The notes below the pieces were generated by a model. It was not told the origin of the DNA and did not search any database. It worked only from the letters and a program-made list of their open reading frames with translations. 64,000 bases of DNA from positions 1 to 64,000 of the forward strand of contig JBEKKX010000013.1 in the NCBI GenBank assembly GCA_050010515.1. The letters are read 5' to 3'. Positions 8,709 to 17,549 of this stretch are shown piece after piece. The translations under genes were made by a program, and so were the position numbers. Position 1 is the stretch's first letter. The number at the start of each line of letters is the position of its first letter. This DNA comes from Candidatus Bathyarchaeia archaeon (lineage in GTDB: Archaea > Thermoproteota > Bathyarchaeia > Bathyarchaeales > Bathycorpusculaceae).

Positions 8709-9270
8709 CTTGGCAGTCCAGCAAGTAATTGATTATTGTTATGCATGAAGCCGCTAAGTAGGGCTGTTTGCCTAAACTGATTTTTTCGCCGTACCTGAGA
8801 GCGAACACTTCTGCTTTTTTAGGCAAACCGACATGGTCACCGAGCACAAAGATAGCGTTCTCAGCAAGTTCTGTTTCAGCTATGTTTTTTCCGCCTTCTT
8901 CCAAAACATACACGCTGTGGCTTTGGGCTTGTTTTTTAAGTAATGCTTCAAAACTTGTCTTGTCAACGCTGATGCCAGGGTGGGACTTGCCTGCGATTAC
9001 TTTTCTTAGAATTTGCTGCCATGTATCCACGTCTGTTCGCACGTCATAGAGGCTGCTGCCGTCGATTTGTATGTGTAAGGGCGGATTTGGCGGACCGTTC
9101 AACATGGCATGAAAAGTTACGTCTCTGCGTATGCCATGTGAAAGGAAAAGGCTGGTAACTACGCATTCGTAGACAATGTCTAATCTTCCTGCGTCATGCA
9201 GGTTGCTGAATGCTGAGTTGGTTTTTCCCAAACGTGAGAACAAGATGAATTCTCTAGGCAAGACGGTCAC
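8692..9270 (-). CDS. trmY: tRNA (pseudouridine54-N1)-methyltransferase
   Basis: GRLDIV..LFLSHGIRRD and SPOUT FVLGDHVG..ISLG. Confidence 0.92.
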   Translation of the reverse strand: MTVLPREFILFSRLGKTNSAFSNLHDAGRLDIVYECVVTSLFLSHGIRRDVTFHAMLNGPPNPPLHIQIDGSSLYDVRTDVDTWQQILRKVIAGKSHPGISVDKTSFEALLKKQAQSHSVYVLEEGGKNIAETELAENAIFVLGDHVGLPKKAEVFALRYGEKISLGKQPYLAASCITIINYLLDCQAKSYS

Positions 9271-9336
9271 AGTTTAGTGCTATGCGAACTTTCCTTAAAG
9301 CGCTTTCCAACTAAATCTGTTCAAGCGAAAAAATTT

Positions 9337-9690
9337 TTACAGTAGACTGTTGAGTAGGACCAATAGGTTGTTTGTCACGGCTACAGCAAGGAATAATATT
9401 ATGCTAAAATAGGTAATTCTCAGTATTTGAAGCGCAATTTTGAACGATGCCGAGTTTTTGTCTGGAGATTTCATGATTGTTTTTTGTGCTAAAATAAAAA
9501 TCAAGCCCACGGAAACGGTTACTGTTAATTTTAAGATTACAAAAGCTGGAAGGTTTGAGTTGACTAAGCCTGCTATTACGGGGTTGAGTTCCCGTGTGCC
9601 ATAGTATATGGTTCCTATAACCGTGGTTAAGCAATCCATGGAGCCCATAAAGATTAGAAACAAACTTGGAAGGGTTTGTATACTCTGCAA
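9337..9690 (-). CDS. DUF5658-like small membrane protein
   Basis: D.LTT..G...G..ELNP motif and 3 TM helices. Confidence 0.75.
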   Translation of the reverse strand: MQSIQTLPSLFLIFMGSMDCLTTVIGTIYYGTRELNPVIAGLVNSNLPAFVILKLTVTVSVGLIFILAQKTIMKSPDKNSASFKIALQILRITYFSIILFLAVAVTNNLLVLLNSLL

Positions 9691-9922
9691 AAATGGTTTT
9701 TCTCCTTTCTCTATGAGAAACCGTTTTTAGCTGCGCGTTATGAAGGTGATCTTAATCGAGAATCTTCGTTTCTTACAACATTTTTTTATTAAGTTTCGCC
9801 AGAAGTCATTGCAGCTTTGTTAAAACATTAACAACATGGTAATTTTTATATCTTCACTAGTCCGAGTGAGGGGCTAGTAGAGAACGGGTAGCTTGAAAAC
9901 TATCCAAGCTTAAGCTTATTTT

Positions 9923-10330
9923 TTACATTAAAATTCTTTTAATTATCCATGAGTGAGTGGCGCTTTTTTCCATGAATACGCTTATATTGTTTTCGCCAAT
10001 GCTCATACAAAGCACTTTAACGTTTTCGCCTTCAACAAGCACGCTTTCCATTTCGCCAAGATTGAATTGTTTTCCGATTTCCTGGCAAGAATCATGGATT
10101 TGAGACGATAGAATAGCATTTTCAGTAATTTCGTCGGGTCCGGTAAAGTCTAGTATGGCTGAGGTGTTGCTTCTAAGAATGTAGCCTATGACACCTTTAA
10201 GTTTACGTATTTCAGCAAGGCTTGCGCTTAGACTCGCGAAAGCAGAGCTTTCACCATCAATGGTTGTTACGCTAACTTGGTTAGTTAATGCGGTTCCAGC
10301 GGCGTTGGCGCTTGTTTTTTGCTGCAACAA
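9923..10330 (-). CDS. Roadblock/LC7 domain protein
   Basis: EIRKLKGVIGYIL..LGEMESVLVEGEN.KVL roadblock pattern. Confidence 0.8.
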   Translation of the reverse strand: MLQQKTSANAAGTALTNQVSVTTIDGESSAFASLSASLAEIRKLKGVIGYILRSNTSAILDFTGPDEITENAILSSQIHDSCQEIGKQFNLGEMESVLVEGENVKVLCMSIGENNISVFMEKSATHSWIIKRILM

Positions 10331-11144
10331 TTTTTTCTCCTTGACTTGTGATTACTGGTTTAACTATTACGAGTTTACCTTTGCTAGTTTGCAGGGCTTG
10401 AAGTACTTTTTCTGGAAATTGTATTATGCCTTTGGCGTTATGGCTTGTTTCTTTTATGGGTTTGAATCCGCATATGATTGATTTGCCCTCTAAGGTTTCG
10501 ATATGTACCTGCGTGATTTCCTTGTCACCATAGATATCGTGCCATTTTGCGATCACTTCGCTATCTACCCGCACAATATCACAGCGAACTAGTAAACCCC
10601 CGATCTTTTCTATCATGAACTGGTTCACGGGCGGTTCCGGAAGCATCGGTTCAGAACTGAACGATGCCGACATGTCGAGGATTGATTCACTTTGCGTTGT
10701 TTGCTCATCTGGCAGAACTATTTCTTCAACCGGTTTAACTTCAGGCTTTTTGACTTGGGGTAACTCGCTGCCTGATAGTTCAGAAATTTGATCTACAAGC
10801 TTCACAACAGTTGGAACAATAACGCTGGTTAACATTTTAACCATTTTTTCGTCTGCCGCACGTGAAGAAACATTTACTAAGTAACGATTGTTCATCGATG
10901 TAATGCTTAATTGGCTATCTGCGCCTTGGATGGTTAAGGTTTCTATGTCGCCGATGTTTTCAGCTTGGTCAACTATGTCGTTGAAGGTGGCGATCAGTTT
11001 TTTGTTTTGGTCTTCAGTGGTGGTTTCGGTGCTGGCTATGATTTCGCCGTTCTTTTTGAATATGAAGGTGTTGGTTATTTCTGGGGTTATGTTTTTGAAT
11101 TCATTTATGATTGTTTGCAGTGTGGTTGAATAGGTTTCGGTCAC
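10281..11144 (-). CDS. Roadblock domain fused via linker to a beta-barrel-like C-terminal domain
   Basis: N-term EFKNITPEITNTFIFKKNGEIIAS; C-term GIIQFPEKVLQALQTSKGKLVIVKP resembles a double-psi barrel end. Confidence 0.7.
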   Translation of the reverse strand: MTETYSTTLQTIINEFKNITPEITNTFIFKKNGEIIASTETTTEDQNKKLIATFNDIVDQAENIGDIETLTIQGADSQLSITSMNNRYLVNVSSRAADEKMVKMLTSVIVPTVVKLVDQISELSGSELPQVKKPEVKPVEEIVLPDEQTTQSESILDMSASFSSEPMLPEPPVNQFMIEKIGGLLVRCDIVRVDSEVIAKWHDIYGDKEITQVHIETLEGKSIICGFKPIKETSHNAKGIIQFPEKVLQALQTSKGKLVIVKPVITSQGEKIVAAKNKRQRRWNRIN

Positions 11145-11169
11145 TTTTTGGTCCTGCCAACTCGGCGGT

Positions 11170-11598
11170 TTAGGATATTTTGAATAGGATGCGTTGTGGG
11201 ATGCCTTCGTCTTCCAGCACTAGATACTTGAGGCCTTCGGTGTCGCCAAGTTGGTCTAGCCATTTTAATGCGTCGCGCACTTTCTGTAAGACCAACAGCC
11301 GTTCTTGATGGTTCCGCACGACGGCTTCTATGGCTGTTAACTCGTGGAACGCATTAGCGTCTAAGATGATGTTTAGTGTACCCACTGTTATTTCGCCCAG
11401 GCTGTCTGCTGTGCTGGTTTTTTTCCCTGCAAGCTTCATTATAACTTCGCGAACTTTTTTTGATTTTTCCGCTAAAGTGCGGATTTCGTCTAAACGACGC
11501 AGATATTCGCCCAGTAAGCTTTTGGTTTCGGATAAATCCTTGTCTAGGTCGTCAGCTATTGCCTGTGCTGACGTATATTCTTTTAATTGGACAACCAT
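11170..11598 (-). CDS. Hypothetical coiled-coil protein
   Basis: GGAGGT RBS before MVVQLKEY; long heptad helices. Confidence 0.8.
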   Translation of the reverse strand: MVVQLKEYTSAQAIADDLDKDLSETKSLLGEYLRRLDEIRTLAEKSKKVREVIMKLAGKKTSTADSLGEITVGTLNIILDANAFHELTAIEAVVRNHQERLLVLQKVRDALKWLDQLGDTEGLKYLVLEDEGIPQRILFKIS

Positions 11599-11694
11599 GA
11601 TTTTGTACCTCCAAAAGAGGAAATAAGAGAAAGGGAAGATTGGTGGTTCGTTTTTCGCCTTACCCCCGAATTTCAAAGTCTAAAGATTATGGGC

Positions 11695-12132
11695 TTAAAG
11701 TGATGGACTGACGCTGTATGTTGCAGTGTAGGTGAGCGTATGCCCTTTAGCAGTTAGTAAGTTGAATGCGTATTGAGCACCACTAGCGAAAGTGCCGCTG
11801 GCGGCAGTAACAGTAAAGGATCCAGTAGCACCTTTAAGGATATTAGCACTAGTAACTGGTGTCAAGGTAGCAGCGTTTCCATCTATCGTTGCGCTTTGTA
11901 TCGTTACAGTGTTTGTTCCAGTATTTTGGACAGTAACGGTTACTGTAGTATTACTTGTAAAACTCACGTTTGTTATTGATGCTGATTCTGCGTTTCCCAT
12001 GAATCCAAGGGTTAATCCTCCCATCCATGCGGCTACGACGACACTGACTGCGACTGTGACGGCTATGAGTATGATTGTTGCGATTACGGGGCTTAGGGCT
12101 TTGGCGTTTTTCTTAAATTTTCTAAAGTTCAT
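11695..12132 (-). CDS. Archaeal type IV pilin (class III signal peptide)
   Basis: KKNAKA/LSPVIATIILIAVTVAV; Thr-rich beta-sandwich C-terminus. Confidence 0.92.
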   Translation of the reverse strand: MNFRKFKKNAKALSPVIATIILIAVTVAVSVVVAAWMGGLTLGFMGNAESASITNVSFTSNTTVTVTVQNTGTNTVTIQSATIDGNAATLTPVTSANILKGATGSFTVTAASGTFASGAQYAFNLLTAKGHTLTYTATYSVSPSL

Positions 12133-12350
12133 TTATTTTTTTTCTCTCCATTTTGGTTTGCTGAATGTATTCCTGTTTGTCTTAATAAATATTATGACTT
12201 AATATACAATATTATAAATCAGTCCAACACAAATACAACAAAGACGTAACCCTGACGCAATTCAACAAATAAGGCAAGAACTTGTCCAAATCAAATACAA
12301 ATTAAAAAATAAAGAAGCTAAAGATAAAAAAACTGTTGGAAACGGAGTTT

Positions 12351-12683
12351 TTAAGCTTCAAGCTCGTCGAAGAGCTCGAGAAGAAGCTTTGCTATTTTTT
12401 CGCCGGCTTCGGTTTTGAGGTAGTATTTCTTGAGCGGATCGATGCGTTCGCTTTTAGCTAAACCTAAAGATTCAATCTCGATCATCCTAGCCCTGAAAGT
12501 GCCATCGCTTAGTGTAAGTTTATTTTTGCGCATAAAATCCTTTGCCTCCTTCCATTTGCCGCGTCCAGCATGAAGCAGCAGCAGGCAGTCAATAGCGTGA
12601 TCCTTCTCAAGCATCGCTTTAATAGCGGATAACTTTGGGTCAGTTAGCACATGCTTAATCTTCTCGTCGTTATTCTTTGCCAT
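12351..12683 (-). CDS. Winged-helix (HxlR-like) regulator
   Basis: LSDGTFRARMIEIESLGLA...KYYLKTEAGEKIA. Confidence 0.75.
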   Translation of the reverse strand: MAKNNDEKIKHVLTDPKLSAIKAMLEKDHAIDCLLLLHAGRGKWKEAKDFMRKNKLTLSDGTFRARMIEIESLGLAKSERIDPLKKYYLKTEAGEKIAKLLLELFDELEA

Positions 12684-13049
12684 TTTTAAACACCTTTCAT
12701 TTGTTGTTAACCAAAATTGCGTCTTAAGCTTTTAAACTATATTACGAATCACGAAACATATCTGCAGACGCCTATCTCCCGAAATCAATTATCAACAACT
12801 CCTTTATAAATAATTACCGCGCATGCAATAAAAGGATTAGAAAAATAAGCAATATGCCTTAAAAATGGGTTTAAAATCAATAAAGCTATACAATTTTTAA
12901 AAATTAAATGACCGGGGTCAAATAAAATTAAGAGTGTTTTCTGACAACCCACCTTAAAGCCGTTGTTACGTTGCCGAAAACAAAAGACTTAACAAACCTA
13001 AACTTAACTAATAAGCCTGATAAATCACCAATCTAAAAGAGGCAAAAAA

Positions 13050-13643
13050 GTGGCTGCCAACACCCAATATGAAGTCCCAACATGGAACCAAATATACGAC
13101 ATGCTGCTTGCCCAAGCCCAAAAAATCCAAAGCGACGGCTACAAACCCGATATTATCGTTGGCATCGCACGAGGCGGGTTAGTTCCATCACGTATCTTGG
13201 CAGACCTACTAGAAACCAGGGATTTCGCAATAATCACAATAGAATATTACGTTGGCATCGCCCAGAAAAGCAAAGAGCCAGTTTTAAAGCAATGCCTCCA
13301 TACTCAACTGCCGGACAAAAAAGTCCTGTTGGTAGATGATGTTTCTGACGGTGGCAGGAGCTTGCAGCTTGCGAAAAAACATTTGCAAGAACAGGGCGCA
13401 AAGGAAATCAGAATAGCTACTATATACTGCAAACCCGGGACCATAACCAAGCCAGATTATTTTGAAAAAGAAACAAGCCACTGGATAGTTTTTCCGTGGG
13501 AAGCCAAAGAAACGATGGCAAAAATAATGCAAAAAACGGAAAGCAAACGCGCCACAAGCAAGGAAATCACAAACCTTGTAAAAGCAGGCTTGCCAAAACA
13601 GTTGGCTGAAAAATTGCTAAAAGATGACAATAGGAGCCAATAA
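13050..13643 (+). CDS. Purine phosphoribosyltransferase (Gpt/Hpt-like)
   Basis: IARGG, VLLVDDVSDGGRSL PRPP loop, WIVFPWE. Confidence 0.93.
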   Translation: MAANTQYEVPTWNQIYDMLLAQAQKIQSDGYKPDIIVGIARGGLVPSRILADLLETRDFAIITIEYYVGIAQKSKEPVLKQCLHTQLPDKKVLLVDDVSDGGRSLQLAKKHLQEQGAKEIRIATIYCKPGTITKPDYFEKETSHWIVFPWEAKETMAKIMQKTESKRATSKEITNLVKAGLPKQLAEKLLKDDNRSQ

Positions 13644-14209
13644 TGCTGTATCACCTAAAAGAATACAGTAAATACACTGAAATAACAGGGTACAGAAACA
13701 TAAAATTCGCCAGGGCAGAAGAGTTCCTGAAAGCAAACCGAAAAGAAACCCAAGAAAACATCGACATACAATTCTTTGACGCCAACTTAATCGCTACACA
13801 AGAGCACTTATACTTCGCAACACTAAACGCATTGCAAGCTTTCCGAAGCAAGACAAATATTTCTAAAAGCTTAGCCATGGAAGCAATGCTTTATGCTTCC
13901 GCGCAACGGCAAATACAAAAAGCTATCCAACGCTGCGGCATCAAGCCTGAAACCACAAGCATGGCAGTTATAATAATCGGCGAAGACCCACCCCAAATCA
14001 AAACCACGCTTCAGGCAATCAACACGTGCGTTGACGTGGAACCTGACGAGAAAGTACTAGAAATCTCAAAATTTAAGGAACATAAAATTACCGAAACCTT
14101 TCAGATTACAGACCAAGAGCTGAAGACTGTCATGAAAAACGAAAACCGAACAGAGGCAGTGGTTAACCTGGTTATCGAGCGAGTAGCCCTACTTGCAAAT
14201 CAACTCTGA
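13643..14209 (+). CDS. cgi121: KEOPS complex subunit Cgi121
   Basis: HL..A..NA...NISKSL.ME.MLYASAQRQI.KAI...GI. Confidence 0.9.
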   Translation: MLYHLKEYSKYTEITGYRNIKFARAEEFLKANRKETQENIDIQFFDANLIATQEHLYFATLNALQAFRSKTNISKSLAMEAMLYASAQRQIQKAIQRCGIKPETTSMAVIIIGEDPPQIKTTLQAINTCVDVEPDEKVLEISKFKEHKITETFQITDQELKTVMKNENRTEAVVNLVIERVALLANQL

Positions 14210-14211
14210 GC

Positions 14212-14739
14212 CTAAAGCATCTTCTCTTTAACAACCGCCAAGATATCGCTGGGTTTAAGCAGTGACACACCCGTTAAAGCTCCAAGAACCTCAATAAGCA
14301 ATATGCGGTCGGGGTTCTCAAGGTCTGCTTTGCGTTTGATATCTGATGCCGCTGCCTCGATAAGGTCTTTTGAGTGAATTGTAGTGAAGCGTTTTTCAAC
14401 CGTAACCCTGAAGGTCTCGTTCTCGCCGATTCTGGTTGCTAGCTCTGCTGCGACGCGTTTAATTTCTTCCAAATCCGTTGGTACAACCCGTTCGATGGGC
14501 AAAATTCTCAGGGCGTAGCGGAACTCGTATGGGCGCTCTTTGAGGATAGCACGCAACTTCTCTATCACGGCGCCTGGGTCCAATGATGTTTTGGCAACGA
14601 TTAAGCCTCTGATTTTGGTTTTGCTGGTTTCTGCTTGGGCATCGCCTAACTCTTCTTTAAGCAAATAGAGCAGTTCATTGCACATTGGCCGCTCGTTCCC
14701 ACGCGAAGTGGTAGCTAAAAGGTTAAAGCCATTAATCAT
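14212..14739 (-). CDS. THUMP domain RNA-binding protein (Tan1-like)
   Basis: RILPIE..ETFRVTVEKRF..ADLENPDRILLIEVLG. Confidence 0.9.
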   Translation of the reverse strand: MINGFNLLATTSRGNERPMCNELLYLLKEELGDAQAETSKTKIRGLIVAKTSLDPGAVIEKLRAILKERPYEFRYALRILPIERVVPTDLEEIKRVAAELATRIGENETFRVTVEKRFTTIHSKDLIEAAASDIKRKADLENPDRILLIEVLGALTGVSLLKPSDILAVVKEKML

Positions 14740-14860
14740 ACCAAGTTCTCTCAGAAGAGAAAGATGCAGACAGGTTATTTTTGCTTTACCTTATAATGAC
14801 AGGTTTAGCTTTTTGTCTTAGACGTTTGTGTGTGCAACAGCCTACCTCCTAGTCTACTAG

Positions 14861-14912
14861 ATGCTTCTAATATGCTTCAAATATGATTCAACATAGTTCA
14901 ACATAGACTCAA
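14861..14912. repeat. Five degenerate 10-11 bp tandem repeats (ATGCTTCAAAT/ATAGTTCAAC)
   Basis: ATGCTTCTAAT ATGCTTCAAAT ATGATTCAAC ATAGTTCAAC ATAGACTCAA. Confidence 0.65.
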
Positions 14913-15412
14913 TGTCCCGCACTTTCAACATGAATTAAGCTGTTTTACATGTCGAAGAAGCTTAGTTTTGGGTTTCTGCCAGTCTTTGCACAACAGCTTT
15001 GCTTGATATAGGGTCGTGCCAGTTGCTTTTTGTTGTTTGTCTAGTGGGTAACCGTATTTCTTCAGAATATGCTTAACCATTATCCTGAGTTTTGCTTGAA
15101 ACGTTGTCTCTTAGCGTCCAGGTTTATGCTGACGTTGTTTCTGTACTGCTTGCACAAGTTCTTTGCCATGATTTTTAGGGTTTTGTCTCCCATGACTTCC
15201 CGTAAAGCTGGTGTGTTGCTTGTAACACACCAATATTGGCGAAATCTCCACAGTCCCCCTTTTTCCTTTAACAATTGATGCTCAAACTAAGAGATTTTGA
15301 AGCGGCACTGTCCAGGTTTAGAGCTTGTTTCTCTTTTCTTTTTTTTAAGCACTGATTCTGCAAAAAGTTAAATCATGTAAGAGACAAAATGCCACTAAAC
15401 TGAGATTTAGTT

Positions 15413-16084
15413 ATGGTCGAAATTTCCAATCCAGCCTTTGAGGCAAGCATAGGGTTTCTAAGATTGAAGCTTCCTCTTAAGCATCTTGAAAGTTATGGAG
15501 TAAAGTGTCAGAGGTTTGATGGTGCAGTGATTGATGGTGAAACTGATGAACAGCCGTTCTCGGATAACCTAAAAGGTGCATACCGATTCAAGAATCATAC
15601 GACAGTTTGCTGCGGCTTCTTGGATAAAGAGTGGGTAGACATCATTGCTAGGACAGACGTATCTTCCGATAAACAGTTTGTCATTGCTGTTGAAGAACGG
15701 TTGAAAAATACGGCTCCCCCATATCATGCCTTCAACGCTGGATGTGATATGTCCCTTCTTAGCAAACTCCTGAAAAAGGACATATATTTCCATCGAGAAT
15801 TGCAGCAGTTTGAAAGGCAGAAGAAGGAGTATTTACGCCGTGATCTTGGTATACCAAATTTCGGTGATCCGTTCGGTGGTCAAGGGTTCTTGGCAGCAAA
15901 GGAATGGTCCAATTACCTAAAGACAAGAGACCTTAACTGCGTCAAGAGAATAATGGCTCATAATTTTGCCTGTGTATCCACGGAATACTGTATCCTAATG
16001 AAGAAGGGCTTCAGAGCAATTGACCTGAATTCATGCAAAATGTTCTTTGAAGGAAAAAACGACCTGATATGCAGCAACCAATAA
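15413..16084 (+). CDS. RNase H-like (DEDD/YprB-type) exonuclease-fold protein
   Basis: VIDGET (ExoI), AFNAGCD (ExoII), HNFACVSTE (ExoIII-like, Asp replaced). Confidence 0.6.
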   Translation: MVEISNPAFEASIGFLRLKLPLKHLESYGVKCQRFDGAVIDGETDEQPFSDNLKGAYRFKNHTTVCCGFLDKEWVDIIARTDVSSDKQFVIAVEERLKNTAPPYHAFNAGCDMSLLSKLLKKDIYFHRELQQFERQKKEYLRRDLGIPNFGDPFGGQGFLAAKEWSNYLKTRDLNCVKRIMAHNFACVSTEYCILMKKGFRAIDLNSCKMFFEGKNDLICSNQ

Positions 16085-16384
16085 AACCGTTGAAAAGCAT
16101 TAATCCAGTAGCTGAGATGAAGAGGCTTGGAAAAGGCGTCTTCGGAGACCCCGTTAAATACCAGAAAAAACTCCGAAAAGAATAAAAATTAAGGCTTGAG
16201 AAGCTACGGGTTTTTGTGGGTCAGCGATATTTGACGATTTCTCACAGCTTAGGGCTCGAAGCCGTCGCCTCACATCATCCCGAGACTTAAATGGGTCTTT
16301 GGAGAATTTATCTATTTTGTTGGGTAGCGCCACGAATTCCTGCCTGCTTCCTTAACATCGGAACTTACACTAATTTTGTGCTCC

Positions 16385-16436
16385 AAAATTTTAGGTCCGA
16401 ACTGCACAATAACAGGTGAAATAGCTCTTTTGTGCA
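16385..16436. repeat. Shared motif AAAATTTTAGGTCYGAACTGCACAATAA plus inverted repeat, copy 1
   Basis: 27/28 identity with 61283..61310; followed by TTGTGCA. Confidence 0.75.
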
Positions 16437-16581
16437 CAGGAAGATTAGTAGAAAAAAGGTGCACGCTGCATGTTCGATTCCCAATAATCTGCTCAAAATT
16501 AACGACATTTGACGAATCTAAACGTTTAAACTGCCGCAGGATAGGGTAGTTTTAAACGTCTTATGTGAGGTGAAAAAAGAC

Positions 16582-16650
16582 ATGATATTCGAAGAGGAAG
16601 ATGAATGGGAAGAAGGCGAAGATGAAGAATGGGAAGAAGAAGAATGGTAA
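16582..16650 (+). CDS. 22-aa acidic Trp-rich microprotein MIFEEEDEWEEGEDEEWEEEEW
   Basis: ATG..TAA with GAGGTGA 8 nt upstream, TTTTAAA further upstream and T-rich tract downstream. Confidence 0.6.
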   Translation: MIFEEEDEWEEGEDEEWEEEEW

Positions 16651-16832
16651 ACACAAACCCCTAAACTAAAATTTTAATCTTTCTTTTAAGTTAAATTTGG
16701 TCCGATTTTTGAGGTTAACTTTTTGAAAAACCGATGAAGAAAATTTGTTCTCTCAATCCACAGTTTTCAAGAGTTGACTCCTGTTTAGTAATGTTTATAG
16801 GTATAGCCTTCTGGTATATATTGTGGGTATGT

Positions 16833-17060
16833 ATGGAGCAGCAAACAGTAATCACCGTTAAGATTCCTCAAGAAATGAAGAAAAAAATGAAGCAAATCGA
16901 CGTTAATTGGAGCGAATACATCCGAGAATGCGTTCAAAAGAAAATAGACCAGGAGAAAAAGAGAGCGGCATTCGATAAGTTGGATGAAATTCGAAAACGC
17001 AGTAAGCCAACATCAACTGAAGAAATTGTAGCATGGATTCGCGAAGGCAGGGAGAGATAA
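16833..17060 (+). CDS. RHH-type VapB antitoxin
   Basis: TVITVKIP.EMK.KM...VNWSEYIR..; C-terminal WIRE.RER. Confidence 0.85.
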   Translation: MEQQTVITVKIPQEMKKKMKQIDVNWSEYIRECVQKKIDQEKKRAAFDKLDEIRKRSKPTSTEEIVAWIREGRER

Positions 17061-17061
17061 C

Positions 17062-17496
17062 TTAACGCCTCATTACATCGTCGATGCCTGTATCGTTGTT
17101 AAATGGCTGTTACCTGGTGAATCATGCCAAGAAAACGCAGACCGACTAAAAGAGGATATAAAATGTTCAAAAGCAGAAATGTTTGCTCCGTCCTTTATGA
17201 CACAAGAAGTCGCAAACGCACTGTGGGCAGCAATAAAGCTGGGAAGAATGACTCAAGAAGATGCTCAAAAAGCACTATTAAGTTCTGACGAATTGCAGAT
17301 TAATCTTTATGATTTTAACTGGATGGAAGCTTCTGGCGAACTTGCATTAGCCTGTCAACTTGACTTAACAGTTTATGATGCAGCTTATCTTTTTCTTTCT
17401 GAAAAGCTGAACGCCCAGCTAATCACTGCTGACGATAAAATGTATAAAAAAGCTAAAGGAAGCTTTAAGGTTCTTCACCTAAAGGATTATGTTTAA
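17062..17496 (+). CDS. vapC: VapC PIN toxin; canonical start missing (TTA at 17062), possibly inactivated
   Basis: In-frame YIVDACIVVKW upstream of first ATG (17179); EVANALW, YDAAYL, LITAD. Confidence 0.8.
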   Translation, partial: LTPHYIVDACIVVKWLLPGESCQENADRLKEDIKCSKAEMFAPSFMTQEVANALWAAIKLGRMTQEDAQKALLSSDELQINLYDFNWMEASGELALACQLDLTVYDAAYLFLSEKLNAQLITADDKMYKKAKGSFKVLHLKDYV

Positions 17497-17549
17497 TGTT
17501 TTCTTAGGTTCTAAATTTATAAATTACATATCTAATTCGTTATGAGACG

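Noticed and set aside
12909-12920. Palindrome TGACC-GG-GGTCA in an AT-rich gap; possible origin or operator
   Set aside because: Single short palindrome; no ORB-like repeats or cdc6 nearby.
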